Source of the DNA: Candidatus Nanoarchaeia archaeon
GTDB lineage: Archaea > Nanobdellota > Nanobdellia > Pacearchaeales > GW2011-AR1
NCBI GenBank assembly: GCA_028711165.1
Contig: JAQTST010000001.1
Span: 14,708 to 78,707 of the forward strand
Direction of reading: 5' to 3'
Length of the DNA: 64,000 nt
The position numbers and the translations under genes were made by a program. Shown here in pieces: positions 44,279 to 54,088 of this stretch (position 1 is the stretch's first letter; each line of letters begins with the position of its first letter). The notes beneath the pieces are model-generated. The model did no database searches and was not told where the DNA came from. It saw nothing but the letters and a program-made list of their open reading frames with translations.

Positions 44279-44288
44279 CTTTAAATAT
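44279..44288 (+). promoter_or_regulatory. TATA-like box
   Basis: 'ctttaaatat' lies 21-30 nt upstream of the ATG at 44309. Confidence 0.35.
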
Positions 44289-44308
44289 CTCTGAGAAAAT
44301 TTAGATTG

Positions 44309-45091
44309 ATGAAAACGGTGATATTATGCGGAGGAAAAGGAACACGTTTGAAAGAAGAAACAGAATATCGCCCCAAACCTCTCGTGGAAATTGGGGGAAA
44401 ACCAATTCTATGGCATATAATGAAAATATATGACACTCAGGGTTTCAATGATTTTGTTCTTTGTCTGGGATATAAGGGGAATATGATTAAGGATTATTTT
44501 TTGAATCTTAAGGAAATGTCCAATGATTTTATGATGGATTTGAAAAATAAAGAGACAGAAACATTTAGCAATAATGAAAGTCTCAAAGGCAAGGTTTGGT
44601 TTGTAGATACAGGATTAAACAGCCAAACTGGTTCGAGGGTGGCAAGAATAAAAAAATACGTAGAGAAAGATGAAGATTTTTTCTTAACTTATGGAGATGG
44701 TGTTTCAGATGTAAACATTCAGGAACTTTATGAATACCACAAGAAAATGGATAGAATAGCGACGATTACTGCAGTTAAACCCCCATATAGGTTTGGGCTA
44801 ATTGAACTTTGCAAGGACAAGGGATTGGTTAAAAAATTTGATGAGAAACCAGATATGACAGATATGGTAATTAATGGAGGATTCATGGTTTTCAAAAATA
44901 AAATATTTGACTATTTGTCTGAAAATGAAAATTGTATTCTTGAAAAAGATGCTTTGGAAAAATTGACAACCGAAAGACAATTGGCAGCTTATGAGCATAA
45001 AGGTTTTTGGAAATGCATGGACAATCAAAAAGAAGTCGATGAATTAAATAAAATTTACCAGGAAGGGGCTCCTTGGGAGACATGGAAATGA
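44309..45091 (+). CDS. rfbF: glucose-1-phosphate cytidylyltransferase
   Basis: 'VILCGGKGTRLKEETEYRPKPLVEIGGKPILWHIMKIY' closely matches the RfbF/DdhA N-terminus. ATG at 44309; the ORF-track start is a TTG one codon upstream. Confidence 0.9.
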   Translation: MKTVILCGGKGTRLKEETEYRPKPLVEIGGKPILWHIMKIYDTQGFNDFVLCLGYKGNMIKDYFLNLKEMSNDFMMDLKNKETETFSNNESLKGKVWFVDTGLNSQTGSRVARIKKYVEKDEDFFLTYGDGVSDVNIQELYEYHKKMDRIATITAVKPPYRFGLIELCKDKGLVKKFDEKPDMTDMVINGGFMVFKNKIFDYLSENENCILEKDALEKLTTERQLAAYEHKGFWKCMDNQKEVDELNKIYQEGAPWETWK

Positions 45092-46050
45092 ATAAAGAAT
45101 TTTGGGAAAATAAAAATGTTTTAGTCACGGGGGCGGGAGGTTTTAAAGGAAGTCATTTATTGGAAAAATTAGGTGAAACAGAAGCGAACATAATTTCTCT
45201 TGTAAGAGACTTTGATCCAAAAAGTTATTTTGAAATGCAAAAACTTGGAAAGAAATCGACGGTTGTCGTCGGAGATTTAAAGGATTACAGAAAGATTTCA
45301 GATATTCTATCCAAATATGAGATCACAACAATTTTTCATCTGGGGGCGCAACCAATTGTTACAACTGCTTTGTCAAATCCTGTTGAAACTTTAGAGACAA
45401 ATATTATGGGGACGGTAAATATTCTGGATTCTGCAAGGATTAATTCTAAGATAGAAGAGATTGTGATGATTTCCAGCGACAAGGCATATGGCCCTACCGA
45501 TAAAATTCCTTACAAAGAAACAGAACGATTGCAGGGCAAAGCGCCATATGATGTTTCAAAATCATGTGCTGATTTAATTGCTCAAATGTATTCTAAAATT
45601 TTTGATTTACCCGTTACAATAGCGAGATCTGTAAATGTTTTTGGCCCGGGAGATTTAAACTGGAACAGAATAATTCCGGGGATAATGGAATCAATTATTA
45701 AAAATAAACCTCTCAAAATTAGAAGTGATGGGAAAATGATTAGAGAATATATTTATGTAAAAGACAGCATTGATGCTTATATTAATCTCGCTGAGAATAT
45801 AAAAAAAACAAGGGGAGAAGCGTTTAATATTAGTGGAAAAAATATTATGTCTGTTCTTGAAATTATTGAAAAAACGTCAGAGGCATTAGGAAGAAAAGTG
45901 AATTATGAAATAATAAATAATGCAAAGGCAGAGATTCCAAAACAATATCTCGATGGGAATAAAATTAAAACTACTTTAGGTTGGGAAGCCAAGACTAATT
46001 TTGAAGAGGCAATTAAAGAGACATTTGAATGGTATACAAAATTAATGTAA
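45088..46050 (+). CDS. rfbG: CDP-glucose 4,6-dehydratase
   Basis: 'FWENKNVLVTGAGGFKGSHL', 'YDVSK'. ATGA overlap with rfbF. Confidence 0.85.
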   Translation: MNKEFWENKNVLVTGAGGFKGSHLLEKLGETEANIISLVRDFDPKSYFEMQKLGKKSTVVVGDLKDYRKISDILSKYEITTIFHLGAQPIVTTALSNPVETLETNIMGTVNILDSARINSKIEEIVMISSDKAYGPTDKIPYKETERLQGKAPYDVSKSCADLIAQMYSKIFDLPVTIARSVNVFGPGDLNWNRIIPGIMESIIKNKPLKIRSDGKMIREYIYVKDSIDAYINLAENIKKTRGEAFNISGKNIMSVLEIIEKTSEALGRKVNYEIINNAKAEIPKQYLDGNKIKTTLGWEAKTNFEEAIKETFEWYTKLM

Positions 46051-46051
46051 G

Positions 46052-47623
46052 ATGAAAAAAAAATTAAGTTATCTGTTTGATAAAGAAAAAAGTTCTGAGA
46101 TTAAAAAACCATTATTTATATTTGACATTGCAAACAATCATAATGGCGATGTTGAGCATGGCTTGAAAATTATTCGTGAAACTTCTAAAGTATGTAATGG
46201 ATTAGAAGATAAATTTCTTTTCGGATTTAAATTTCAATATAGAGACTTAGATAGTTTTATTCATCCGGATTATAAAGACAGAAAAGACATAAGTTATGTT
46301 AAAAGATTTTCTGATACAAAATTGACAAGAAAAGAATTTGAATTAATGAAAAATGAAATAGAAAACGGAGGATTTATTTCTGTATGCACTCCTTTTGACG
46401 AGAACAGCGTCGATCTAATTGAAGAACAAAATTTTGATATAATAAAAATTGCAAGCTGTTCTTTTACTGATTGGCCTCTACTGGAAAGAATTGTCAAAAC
46501 AGACAAGCCAATAATTGCATCAACTGCAGGAGCTACTCTCGAAGAACTTGACAGGGTTGTTTCATTTCTTGAGCACCGAGATAAAAAAAGTGTATTAATG
46601 CACTGTGTTGGTGAATATCCAACTAAAAAAGAAAGTCTTCAGTTGAATCAGATAGACTTGCTGAAAAAGCGTTACCCCGAAATCACAATTGGATTTTCTA
46701 CACATGAAGAACCAAATAATCTTGATGCTGTTAAGATTGCCGTCGGAAAAGGGGCGCAAGTATTCGAGAGACATGTAAATGTTGAATCAGAAAAATATTC
46801 AATAAATGCTTATTCTTCAACGCCTGGTGAGATAAAAAAATGGCTGCAGTCTGCTGAAGAGGCTTATGAAATGTGCGGTGTGGAAAATAATCGTCATATC
46901 AGCACAGAAAAAGAAAAAAATGATTTGAGAAGATTCAGGAGAGGAGTATTCGTAAAAAGAAATCTGAAGGAAGGAGAATTATTGACAAAAGAAAATATTT
47001 TTTATGCATTTCCTTGCGGTGAAAGACAAATACTAGCAAATGATATGTCAAAATATATTGAATATATTCCTACTAAAGATATCAATACAAATGAGGCAAT
47101 TAATTTAGAAAATTTAACAATTAAAAATTCACGTGAAGATGTTTTAAGAATTGTTAAAAAATTGAAAGATATAGTTTTAGAAAGCCATATAATTTTACCT
47201 AATAGAATAGAGTTAGAGTTATCGCACCATTACGGGATTGAAAATTATGAAAAATTTGGTGCTGCAATTTTAAACTGCATTAACAGAGAGTATTGTAAAA
47301 AGTTAATAATATTACTACCGGGACAAAATCATCCTTTGCATTACCATGAAAAGAAAGAGGAAACTTTCCAAGTTTTATATGGAGATATGAATCTTAAGCT
47401 TGGAAATGAAAAAATATCATTGAAACCAGGAGATATACAGACGGTAGAAAGAAAAGTCAATCACAGTTTTTCTTCTGAGAAAGGATGTATTTTTGAGGAG
47501 GTGTCAACGACGCATTATAATAATGATTCTTTTTATGAAAATGAAGAAGTAAGAAATAATAAGAACAGAAAAACGCATATGACTTTCTGGGCAGATTGGC
47601 TATCTGGAAAAACTATAGAATGA
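46052..47623 (+). CDS. NeuB-family PEP-condensing (ulosonic acid synthase-like) enzyme fused to SAF and C-terminal cupin domains
   Basis: 'FDIANNHNGD', 'FKFQ', a TIM-barrel-length N-terminal region, and the C-terminal cupin motif 'GQNHPLHYHEKKEETFQVLYG...KPGD'. Confidence 0.7.
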   Translation: MKKKLSYLFDKEKSSEIKKPLFIFDIANNHNGDVEHGLKIIRETSKVCNGLEDKFLFGFKFQYRDLDSFIHPDYKDRKDISYVKRFSDTKLTRKEFELMKNEIENGGFISVCTPFDENSVDLIEEQNFDIIKIASCSFTDWPLLERIVKTDKPIIASTAGATLEELDRVVSFLEHRDKKSVLMHCVGEYPTKKESLQLNQIDLLKKRYPEITIGFSTHEEPNNLDAVKIAVGKGAQVFERHVNVESEKYSINAYSSTPGEIKKWLQSAEEAYEMCGVENNRHISTEKEKNDLRRFRRGVFVKRNLKEGELLTKENIFYAFPCGERQILANDMSKYIEYIPTKDINTNEAINLENLTIKNSREDVLRIVKKLKDIVLESHIILPNRIELELSHHYGIENYEKFGAAILNCINREYCKKLIILLPGQNHPLHYHEKKEETFQVLYGDMNLKLGNEKISLKPGDIQTVERKVNHSFSSEKGCIFEEVSTTHYNNDSFYENEEVRNNKNRKTHMTFWADWLSGKTIE

Positions 47624-47696
47624 TTAAAATATATTCTCAAAATATTATGAATTTTTCCTTCATAACCTTATTAAATGTGAAAAATCCTTTTTTAGA

Positions 47697-48671
47697 ATGA
47701 AAAAAGTGAAGAGACTAATCAGCATAGTTATTCCTGCGTATAATGAAGAAGAAGGATTGGATGAACTTTATAGAAGACTGCAGAAAGTTTTAGATGGTTT
47801 AGATAAATATTCTTTTGAGGTAATAATTGTAGAAAATGGTTCAAGAGATGATACCTATAAGAAATTGTTGGAGATTCATCAAAAAGATAAACGATTTAAG
47901 ATTGTTCAGTTGTCCAAAAATTTTAATTGCGATGGAGGAATAAGCGCAGGATTAAAATATGTCAGAGGTGATGCTGTAATACTTATGAATGCTGATCTCC
48001 AGGATCCTCCGGAGATTATTCCAGAGTTTATTAATAAATGGGAACAAGGATATGAAATTATTTATGGAGTTATCCAGAAAAGAAAAGGTGTTTCAATTTT
48101 AAGAAAAATGGTATCCTGGATGTTTTACCAAACAATATATTCTTTAACTAACGGACAAATTAAAAAAAATGTCAGTGATTTCAGATTAATTGATAAAAAA
48201 GTGTATGAAGTAATAAACAGTATGCCTGAGCATAATCGATTTCTGAGAGGAATGATTTCATGGACAGGATTCAAGAGCACAGGTATCCCTTTTGTAAGAG
48301 CAGAAAGATATAAGGAAGGAGGCGAAGCAAAAGTGTTGAGCATTTTCCAACGTGCAAAAAATATAAAATGGTTTGTCACAAATGCAATTTTTACATTTTC
48401 GGATTTTCCATTGAAATTAATGACCAGCGTCGGTGCTTTTACTTCTTTCTTGTCATTTATACTTGCGATGTATTTCTTGGGAGGTTATCTTATCTACGGA
48501 ACAGCTTCCCCGGGATATGTAAAAGGACATACCTCTCTGATGTTAGTTATATTATTTTTATTTGGAGTTCTATTTATTTTTTTAGGGATTATCGGTAAAT
48601 ACATTTCGAAAATTTATGATGAGGTAAAACAACGCCCGTTGTATATTGTGCGTGATAAAATCGGAGTATAG
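47697..48671 (+). CDS. polyprenyl/dolichyl-phosphate sugar synthase-type GT2 (Dpm1/ArnC/GtrB-like) with C-terminal TM helices
   Basis: 'ISIVIPAYNEEEGL', 'VENGSRDDT', 'MNADLQDPPE', and two C-terminal hydrophobic helices. Confidence 0.8.
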   Translation: MKKVKRLISIVIPAYNEEEGLDELYRRLQKVLDGLDKYSFEVIIVENGSRDDTYKKLLEIHQKDKRFKIVQLSKNFNCDGGISAGLKYVRGDAVILMNADLQDPPEIIPEFINKWEQGYEIIYGVIQKRKGVSILRKMVSWMFYQTIYSLTNGQIKKNVSDFRLIDKKVYEVINSMPEHNRFLRGMISWTGFKSTGIPFVRAERYKEGGEAKVLSIFQRAKNIKWFVTNAIFTFSDFPLKLMTSVGAFTSFLSFILAMYFLGGYLIYGTASPGYVKGHTSLMLVILFLFGVLFIFLGIIGKYISKIYDEVKQRPLYIVRDKIGV

Positions 48672-48674
48672 AAT

Positions 48675-49532
48675 ATGAAAAAAATTTTAATAACTGGGGG
48701 GAACGGATTTATAGCAAGAAATCTCTATGAAAATTTAAAAGGAAAATATGATGTTAAAACTATAAATCACCAGGAACTTGATCTGCTTGATTCACCAAAG
48801 GTGTTTGATTATGTAAATCAAAAAAAATTTGATGTTGTTATACATTCTGCTACATACGACGCTGCTCCTAAACATTCTGTTAAAGATCCTGCAAAAGTCT
48901 TAGATAATAATCTGAGAATGTTTTTTAATATTGCGAGATGCAGGGATTATTTTGGAAAGATGATTTATTTTGGTTCGGGGGCAGAATTTAGCCGAGAGCA
49001 TTGGATTCCTAAAATGAAAGAAAATTATTTTGACGAACACGTTCCAAAGGACCAATACGGTTTTTCTAAATATGTGATGACAAAATATACAAAATCAAAT
49101 GAAAATATAATTAACCTCCGACTTTTTGCAGTGGTAGGGAGAAATGATGATTGGAAAACTCGTTTTATTCCCAACGCATGCTGTCAGGCAATGGAAAAAG
49201 AAACAATAGATATACATCAGAATGCTTTTTATGATTATTTAGATGTTGATGATTTAACAAGGGTAGTAGATTGGTTTATCAATAATAATTCAAAAGAAAA
49301 AGTGTATAATGTGTGTTCTGGAAAAACTTATGACAGAAGAAGTCTGGCAGAAAAAATTGTAAAAATTTCTGGAGAAGATTTAAAGATAAATATTCAGAAT
49401 AAAGAAATTGGAAAAGAATACAGCGGAGATAATTCTCTCCTTTTGAATGAATTGGGAAATTTTGAGTTTACTCCTATAGATGATTCAATAAAAAGATTAT
49501 ATGAATGGTATAAGAGGGAGAGAAATGAGTAA
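48675..49532 (+). CDS. NAD-dependent sugar epimerase/reductase (GDP-fucose synthase-like SDR)
   Basis: 'ILITGGNGFIARNL', 'YGFSK'. Confidence 0.75.
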   Translation: MKKILITGGNGFIARNLYENLKGKYDVKTINHQELDLLDSPKVFDYVNQKKFDVVIHSATYDAAPKHSVKDPAKVLDNNLRMFFNIARCRDYFGKMIYFGSGAEFSREHWIPKMKENYFDEHVPKDQYGFSKYVMTKYTKSNENIINLRLFAVVGRNDDWKTRFIPNACCQAMEKETIDIHQNAFYDYLDVDDLTRVVDWFINNNSKEKVYNVCSGKTYDRRSLAEKIVKISGEDLKINIQNKEIGKEYSGDNSLLLNELGNFEFTPIDDSIKRLYEWYKRERNE

Positions 49533-51351
49533 ACTAAATTATCTTTTGGTGATGCCCCGATTAGTTCAGAATGTTGGGGATGGATATTCTTTCCCCCTGG
49601 GGCTTCCATATATTTCTGCTAGCATGAAAAAGTCGGGATTTAATGTAAGAACCATTAATTTGAATCATCGCGAAGGAGATATTTTTAATATTCTTGAAAA
49701 AGAAATTGAAGAAAACAAAATCAATGTTGTTGCAACGGGCGGGCTTTCCTTCCAATATACTACAATCAAGGAGGTTATTGATTCTGCTAAGAGAGTAGAT
49801 AAAAAAATTAATACAATTGTCGGGGGAGGAATTATCACAGCAGATCCAAAACCAGCAATGATTGCCTTAGAAAATGTAGATTATGGGATAATCGGTGAAG
49901 GGGAAAAGACAATATGCGAGTTAAGTGAAGCAATTGAGAAAAAATTAGATATCTGCAAAATCGATGGAGTAATTTTGAGTGATGGAAGAAGTTATGTTCA
50001 GACAAATCCCCGCAAAGAAATTGAAAATATTGATTCTATCGCCTGGCCAGATTATGAAGGATTTGAATTTGAAAAGTTCTTAGAAACATCGCCAAGTATC
50101 AGCGGGATAAATAAAAAAAATACAGCATTTATGATTGCCAGCCGTTCATGTCCTTATAGTTGCACTTTTTGTTTTCACACCCTCGGTAAAAAATATCGAC
50201 AGAGGACACTGGATAATTTTTTCGAAGAATTAGATTATATGGTAGCTAAATATGATCTGGGGTTTATTTGTTTAGCCGATGAACTTTTTTCTGCAGATAC
50301 AAAACGCACAGAAGAATTTTGCGAGAGAATAAAACCTTACAATATTAAATGGTGGGCACAATTCAGAGTCGATCAGATAGCAGAAAATCCAAAACTTCTT
50401 CCGATGCTAAAAGAGTCTGGATGTGATGTTATGTCTTTTGGATTAGAAAGTGCAGATAACCGCATTCTAAAAAGTATGAAGAAAAAAACGACAATTGAAG
50501 AAACAGAAAAAGCATTAAAATCTGTCTATGACAGCGGGATGCATTTAGAAGGTGCTTTTATATTCGGTGATATTGAAGAAACAGGGGAAACTGCAGATAA
50601 CACTTTAAAATGGTGGAAAGAACATTCAGAGTATAAAATAACTCTTAATCTTATAACCATTTACCCCGGAACTTTTCTTTATAATCATGCATGCAACAAA
50701 GGATTAATTGAAGATAGAGTTAAATTTCTTAAAGATGGATGTCCTCAGGTAAATGTTTCTAAATTAACCGACGGAGAAGTTTCTAAATTAGTTAAAGAAA
50801 TAATCGAAGCTCCCTTAACTCTAACAAAGACTCTTTCAGAAAGTAAAACGAATGTTTTAGATTACAAAACAGGAAGAATGGAGGTTTGGGGGAAATGCAG
50901 CATCTGTGATAGAGAGAATTATTGGGAAAATGTAAAATTATTTTCTTCAAGCTTTCTTGCCTGTAACAAATGCGGACAAAGATATAACTTAATTTTATCA
51001 GATGAAGTAATATCTAACATAGACGATAATTTAAAAAAATTATTGGATGAAGAGGAAAAGATAGCAATGTGGGGAATAAATTATCATGTAACAAATTTAT
51101 TTAGGAGGTCAAAATTACTCAAAGATAAAAATGTTTATCCAATTGAAATTTCACAAATGAAAAGGTTAGTTGATTTATATGGGAAAAAAGTAAATCCTCC
51201 CGAGATTATAGATTCTGAAAAAATAAAAACAGTAGTGATTCCAATTCCAGCGTATATTAATGAAATTACCGGGCGCATAAAAAAGAATCACAAAGAGGTT
51301 AAAAAAATTATAGATATTTGCGAGTTGATAAATCCAAATTATTCAAAATGA
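49525..51351 (+). CDS. class B radical SAM enzyme with zinc-ribbon and a C-terminal domain resembling the C-methyltransferase C-terminal domain
   Basis: 'IASRSCPYSCTFCFH', 'GLESADNRILKSM', 'CSICD...CNKCGQRY', then 'KIAMWGINYHVTNL...VNPPEII...VVIPIP'. Start at the ATG preceded by GGGAGAG. Confidence 0.85.
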   Translation: MSKLNYLLVMPRLVQNVGDGYSFPLGLPYISASMKKSGFNVRTINLNHREGDIFNILEKEIEENKINVVATGGLSFQYTTIKEVIDSAKRVDKKINTIVGGGIITADPKPAMIALENVDYGIIGEGEKTICELSEAIEKKLDICKIDGVILSDGRSYVQTNPRKEIENIDSIAWPDYEGFEFEKFLETSPSISGINKKNTAFMIASRSCPYSCTFCFHTLGKKYRQRTLDNFFEELDYMVAKYDLGFICLADELFSADTKRTEEFCERIKPYNIKWWAQFRVDQIAENPKLLPMLKESGCDVMSFGLESADNRILKSMKKKTTIEETEKALKSVYDSGMHLEGAFIFGDIEETGETADNTLKWWKEHSEYKITLNLITIYPGTFLYNHACNKGLIEDRVKFLKDGCPQVNVSKLTDGEVSKLVKEIIEAPLTLTKTLSESKTNVLDYKTGRMEVWGKCSICDRENYWENVKLFSSSFLACNKCGQRYNLILSDEVISNIDDNLKKLLDEEEKIAMWGINYHVTNLFRRSKLLKDKNVYPIEISQMKRLVDLYGKKVNPPEIIDSEKIKTVVIPIPAYINEITGRIKKNHKEVKKIIDICELINPNYSK

Positions 51352-51851
51352 ATACAAAAAGTGCTATAAATTTTCTGGAAGAACAGATTACAGACGCAAG
51401 AAAAGGATTACCTGAAGAAATTTTTCTTTTTGCAAGCAGCATTACTCCATTGGTAAATGTAGAATTATTAATAAAAGATGAAAATGGAAGAACGCTTTTA
51501 TCGTGGAGAGATGATAAATATGCAGGAAAGGGCTGGCATATTCCGGGGGGAATTGTCAGGTTTAAAGAAAGTTTAGAAGAAAGAATTCAGAAAGTTGCAA
51601 AAGAGGAAATTGGCACCCAGATTGAATTTGAACCTAATCCGATAGCAATAAAGCAGGTTATTTTAGAACAGAACACAAGAGGACATTCGCTGGCATTTAT
51701 GTATAAATGTTTTCTTAACAGCAAATATACTTTAGAAAATAAAGGTTTAACTGAAAAAGATGCAGGTTATTTGAAATGGCATGAATTTTGTCCAAATAAT
51801 TTAATTAAAGTACAGGAAATATATCGGGAGTTTATCAATGACTATAAATAA
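51348..51851 (+). CDS. NUDIX hydrolase (GDP-mannose mannosyl hydrolase/WcaH-like NDP-sugar hydrolase)
   Basis: Nudix box 'GGIVRFKESLEERIQKVAKEEIG'. The preceding 'TPLVNVELLIKDENGRTLL' resembles the WcaH layout. ATGA overlap upstream. Confidence 0.7.
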   Translation: MNTKSAINFLEEQITDARKGLPEEIFLFASSITPLVNVELLIKDENGRTLLSWRDDKYAGKGWHIPGGIVRFKESLEERIQKVAKEEIGTQIEFEPNPIAIKQVILEQNTRGHSLAFMYKCFLNSKYTLENKGLTEKDAGYLKWHEFCPNNLIKVQEIYREFINDYK

Positions 51852-53037
51852 ATGCAGAGTATGTGAGAATGATTTTTTTGAAAAACCGCTATTGAGGTAT
51901 GAGAATATGCCGTCGACAGCTCAATATTTACCAGATATAGAATCCTTAGAAAGAGATAAGGGAATTGTTTTGGAAGTGTGTCAATGTTCAAAATGCGGTT
52001 TGGTGCAATTAAATAATGAACCTGTTCCGTATTACAAAGAGGTTATACGTGCTTCAGGATTTTCAGAAGAAATGAAAAATTTTAGATTAGAACAATTTAA
52101 AGAATTTACAAAAAAGTATTCTTTAGGAAATAAAAAAATTATTGAAATCGGTTGTGGAAGAGGAGAATATCTCTCTCTTATGCAAAATTTTATAACCAAT
52201 TCTTCTGGACTGGAATATTCAGAAAGTTCTGTGATACAAGGAAATAGAGAAGGGTTAAGAATTTCTAAGGGATTCATCGAAAAAGATTCGGATAGATTGA
52301 AAAATTCTCCTTTTGACGGATTTTATATTTTAAGTTTTCTTGAACATTTACCAAATATTAATTCGGTCCTCAAAGGAATAAGCAACAATCTTACAGAAAA
52401 GGCAGTTGGAATAATCGAGGTTCCAAATTTTGATATGATTTTGGAAAGAAATCTTTTTTCAGAATTCGCAAGGGATCATTTATTCTATTTTACCGAAGAG
52501 ACATTGAGCTCAACATTAAACAGAAATGGTTTTGAGATTATTGAGTGCAAAGAGATATGGCAGGATTATATAATTTCTGCGGTGGTTAAAAAGAAAATTT
52601 ATGACGAGACAAATATCCCAATTAGAAAAAAAGAGAAATTAGATTTGTCTGAGTTTAATAATCATCAGAATAAAATAACAAGAGAATTAACAAATTATAT
52701 TAATCAATTTGGAGATAAGAAAACGGCCATATGGGGAGCAGGGCATCAGTCATTTAGCATTCTATCCTTGGCAAAACTCGAGGATAAGATTAGATATGTT
52801 GTTGATTCCGCAACGTTTAAGCAAGGCAAATATACTCCCGCAACGCATATTCCGATTGTTCATCCAGATACATTAATGTCAAATCCGGTGGATTCAATTA
52901 TTATAATGGCAGGAAGCTATTCTGATGAGGTTTCGAATATTATAAAAATAAAATATAAAAATAAATTAGAAGATAAAGTCAAGAAAATAAATATAGCCAT
53001 CCTAAGAGATTTTGGATTGGAGGAAATTAATGAATGA
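51838..53037 (+). CDS. NDP-hexose C-methyltransferase (second TylCIII-type copy)
   Basis: 'CRVCEN...CSKCGLVQL', 'IIEIGCGRGEYL', C-terminal 'TAIWGAGHQSFSIL...'. Confidence 0.8.
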   Translation: MTINKCRVCENDFFEKPLLRYENMPSTAQYLPDIESLERDKGIVLEVCQCSKCGLVQLNNEPVPYYKEVIRASGFSEEMKNFRLEQFKEFTKKYSLGNKKIIEIGCGRGEYLSLMQNFITNSSGLEYSESSVIQGNREGLRISKGFIEKDSDRLKNSPFDGFYILSFLEHLPNINSVLKGISNNLTEKAVGIIEVPNFDMILERNLFSEFARDHLFYFTEETLSSTLNRNGFEIIECKEIWQDYIISAVVKKKIYDETNIPIRKKEKLDLSEFNNHQNKITRELTNYINQFGDKKTAIWGAGHQSFSILSLAKLEDKIRYVVDSATFKQGKYTPATHIPIVHPDTLMSNPVDSIIIMAGSYSDEVSNIIKIKYKNKLEDKVKKINIAILRDFGLEEINE

Positions 53038-54088
53038 AGGTTTAGTAAGTATTATAATTCCCGTATATAACGGAGAAAAATATATTGATAGATGCCTGGA
53101 AAGTATTTTTAGTCAGGGTTATAAAAATATTGAGACAATATTAATAAATGATGGTTCAACCGACGGTAGCAGGGAGATATGTAACGAATATGCATTTAAT
53201 TATAATAATATTGATGTGTTTAATATAAAAAATCAAGGGCCTGCAGCGGCAAGGAATAAAGGAATAAAAAATTCAAGAGGAGAATTTATTTTTTTTCTTG
53301 ATATAGATGATTTTATCGAAAGTAATGCAATAGGGCTACTAATAAAAAATTATAATCAATACAAGGCGGACATAGTCGTTGGAGATTTCAAAAATGTTGG
53401 AAAAAGTATGACTAATTCGGGGCATAGCAATGTTTTTTCAGAAGATAAATTGATGATGAAAAAAGATATTGGAGATTATGTAAAAAAATATTTAAAAAAA
53501 CCGAACAGACATCCTTTATTTGCTTATTCTTGGGGAAGATTGTTTAAGTCTTCAATCATAAAAAATAAGGATATTAAATTTGATGAAGATTTACATACTT
53601 TTGAAGATGTGGCTTTTAATTTTGAATATTTAAAGCATACTGATAAAATCTTCTTTGTAAATCAGGCGATATATAATCATCAGATGTATGACAGTTTTAA
53701 TTCTGCAACAATGGATATTGGAAATAATCCAAAAAAATTATTTGGTTATAAGAAAGCACTTGAAAATGTTAAAAATTTTCTTGAGTGTAGTGATTTAGAA
53801 AATATTAATATAAAAAAAGAGGTGGGGCACGCAGATGTATGTTATACAATAATTCAGTTAATCCGCACTTGTGGACAAATAAATAAAAATAATGAAAAAG
53901 AGATTTACAAACTTGTCCACGAGATTGTTAATGAACTAAATTTCAGAGATAACCTTCAGTTTTATTCTCCATCAAAAGGAGACAGTAAGATTATTCCAAT
54001 GCTGATGAAGCTGAAACTTGTCACACCAATTACTAAATTATGCAAACATAAAGCGTATAAAAGATATAACAGAGGCAATAAGAAATGA
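53030..54088 (+). CDS. family 2 glycosyltransferase
   Basis: 'VSIIIPVYNGEKYI', 'INDGSTDGS', 'FLDIDD'. Confidence 0.85.
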   Translation: MNEGLVSIIIPVYNGEKYIDRCLESIFSQGYKNIETILINDGSTDGSREICNEYAFNYNNIDVFNIKNQGPAAARNKGIKNSRGEFIFFLDIDDFIESNAIGLLIKNYNQYKADIVVGDFKNVGKSMTNSGHSNVFSEDKLMMKKDIGDYVKKYLKKPNRHPLFAYSWGRLFKSSIIKNKDIKFDEDLHTFEDVAFNFEYLKHTDKIFFVNQAIYNHQMYDSFNSATMDIGNNPKKLFGYKKALENVKNFLECSDLENINIKKEVGHADVCYTIIQLIRTCGQINKNNEKEIYKLVHEIVNELNFRDNLQFYSPSKGDSKIIPMLMKLKLVTPITKLCKHKAYKRYNRGNKK

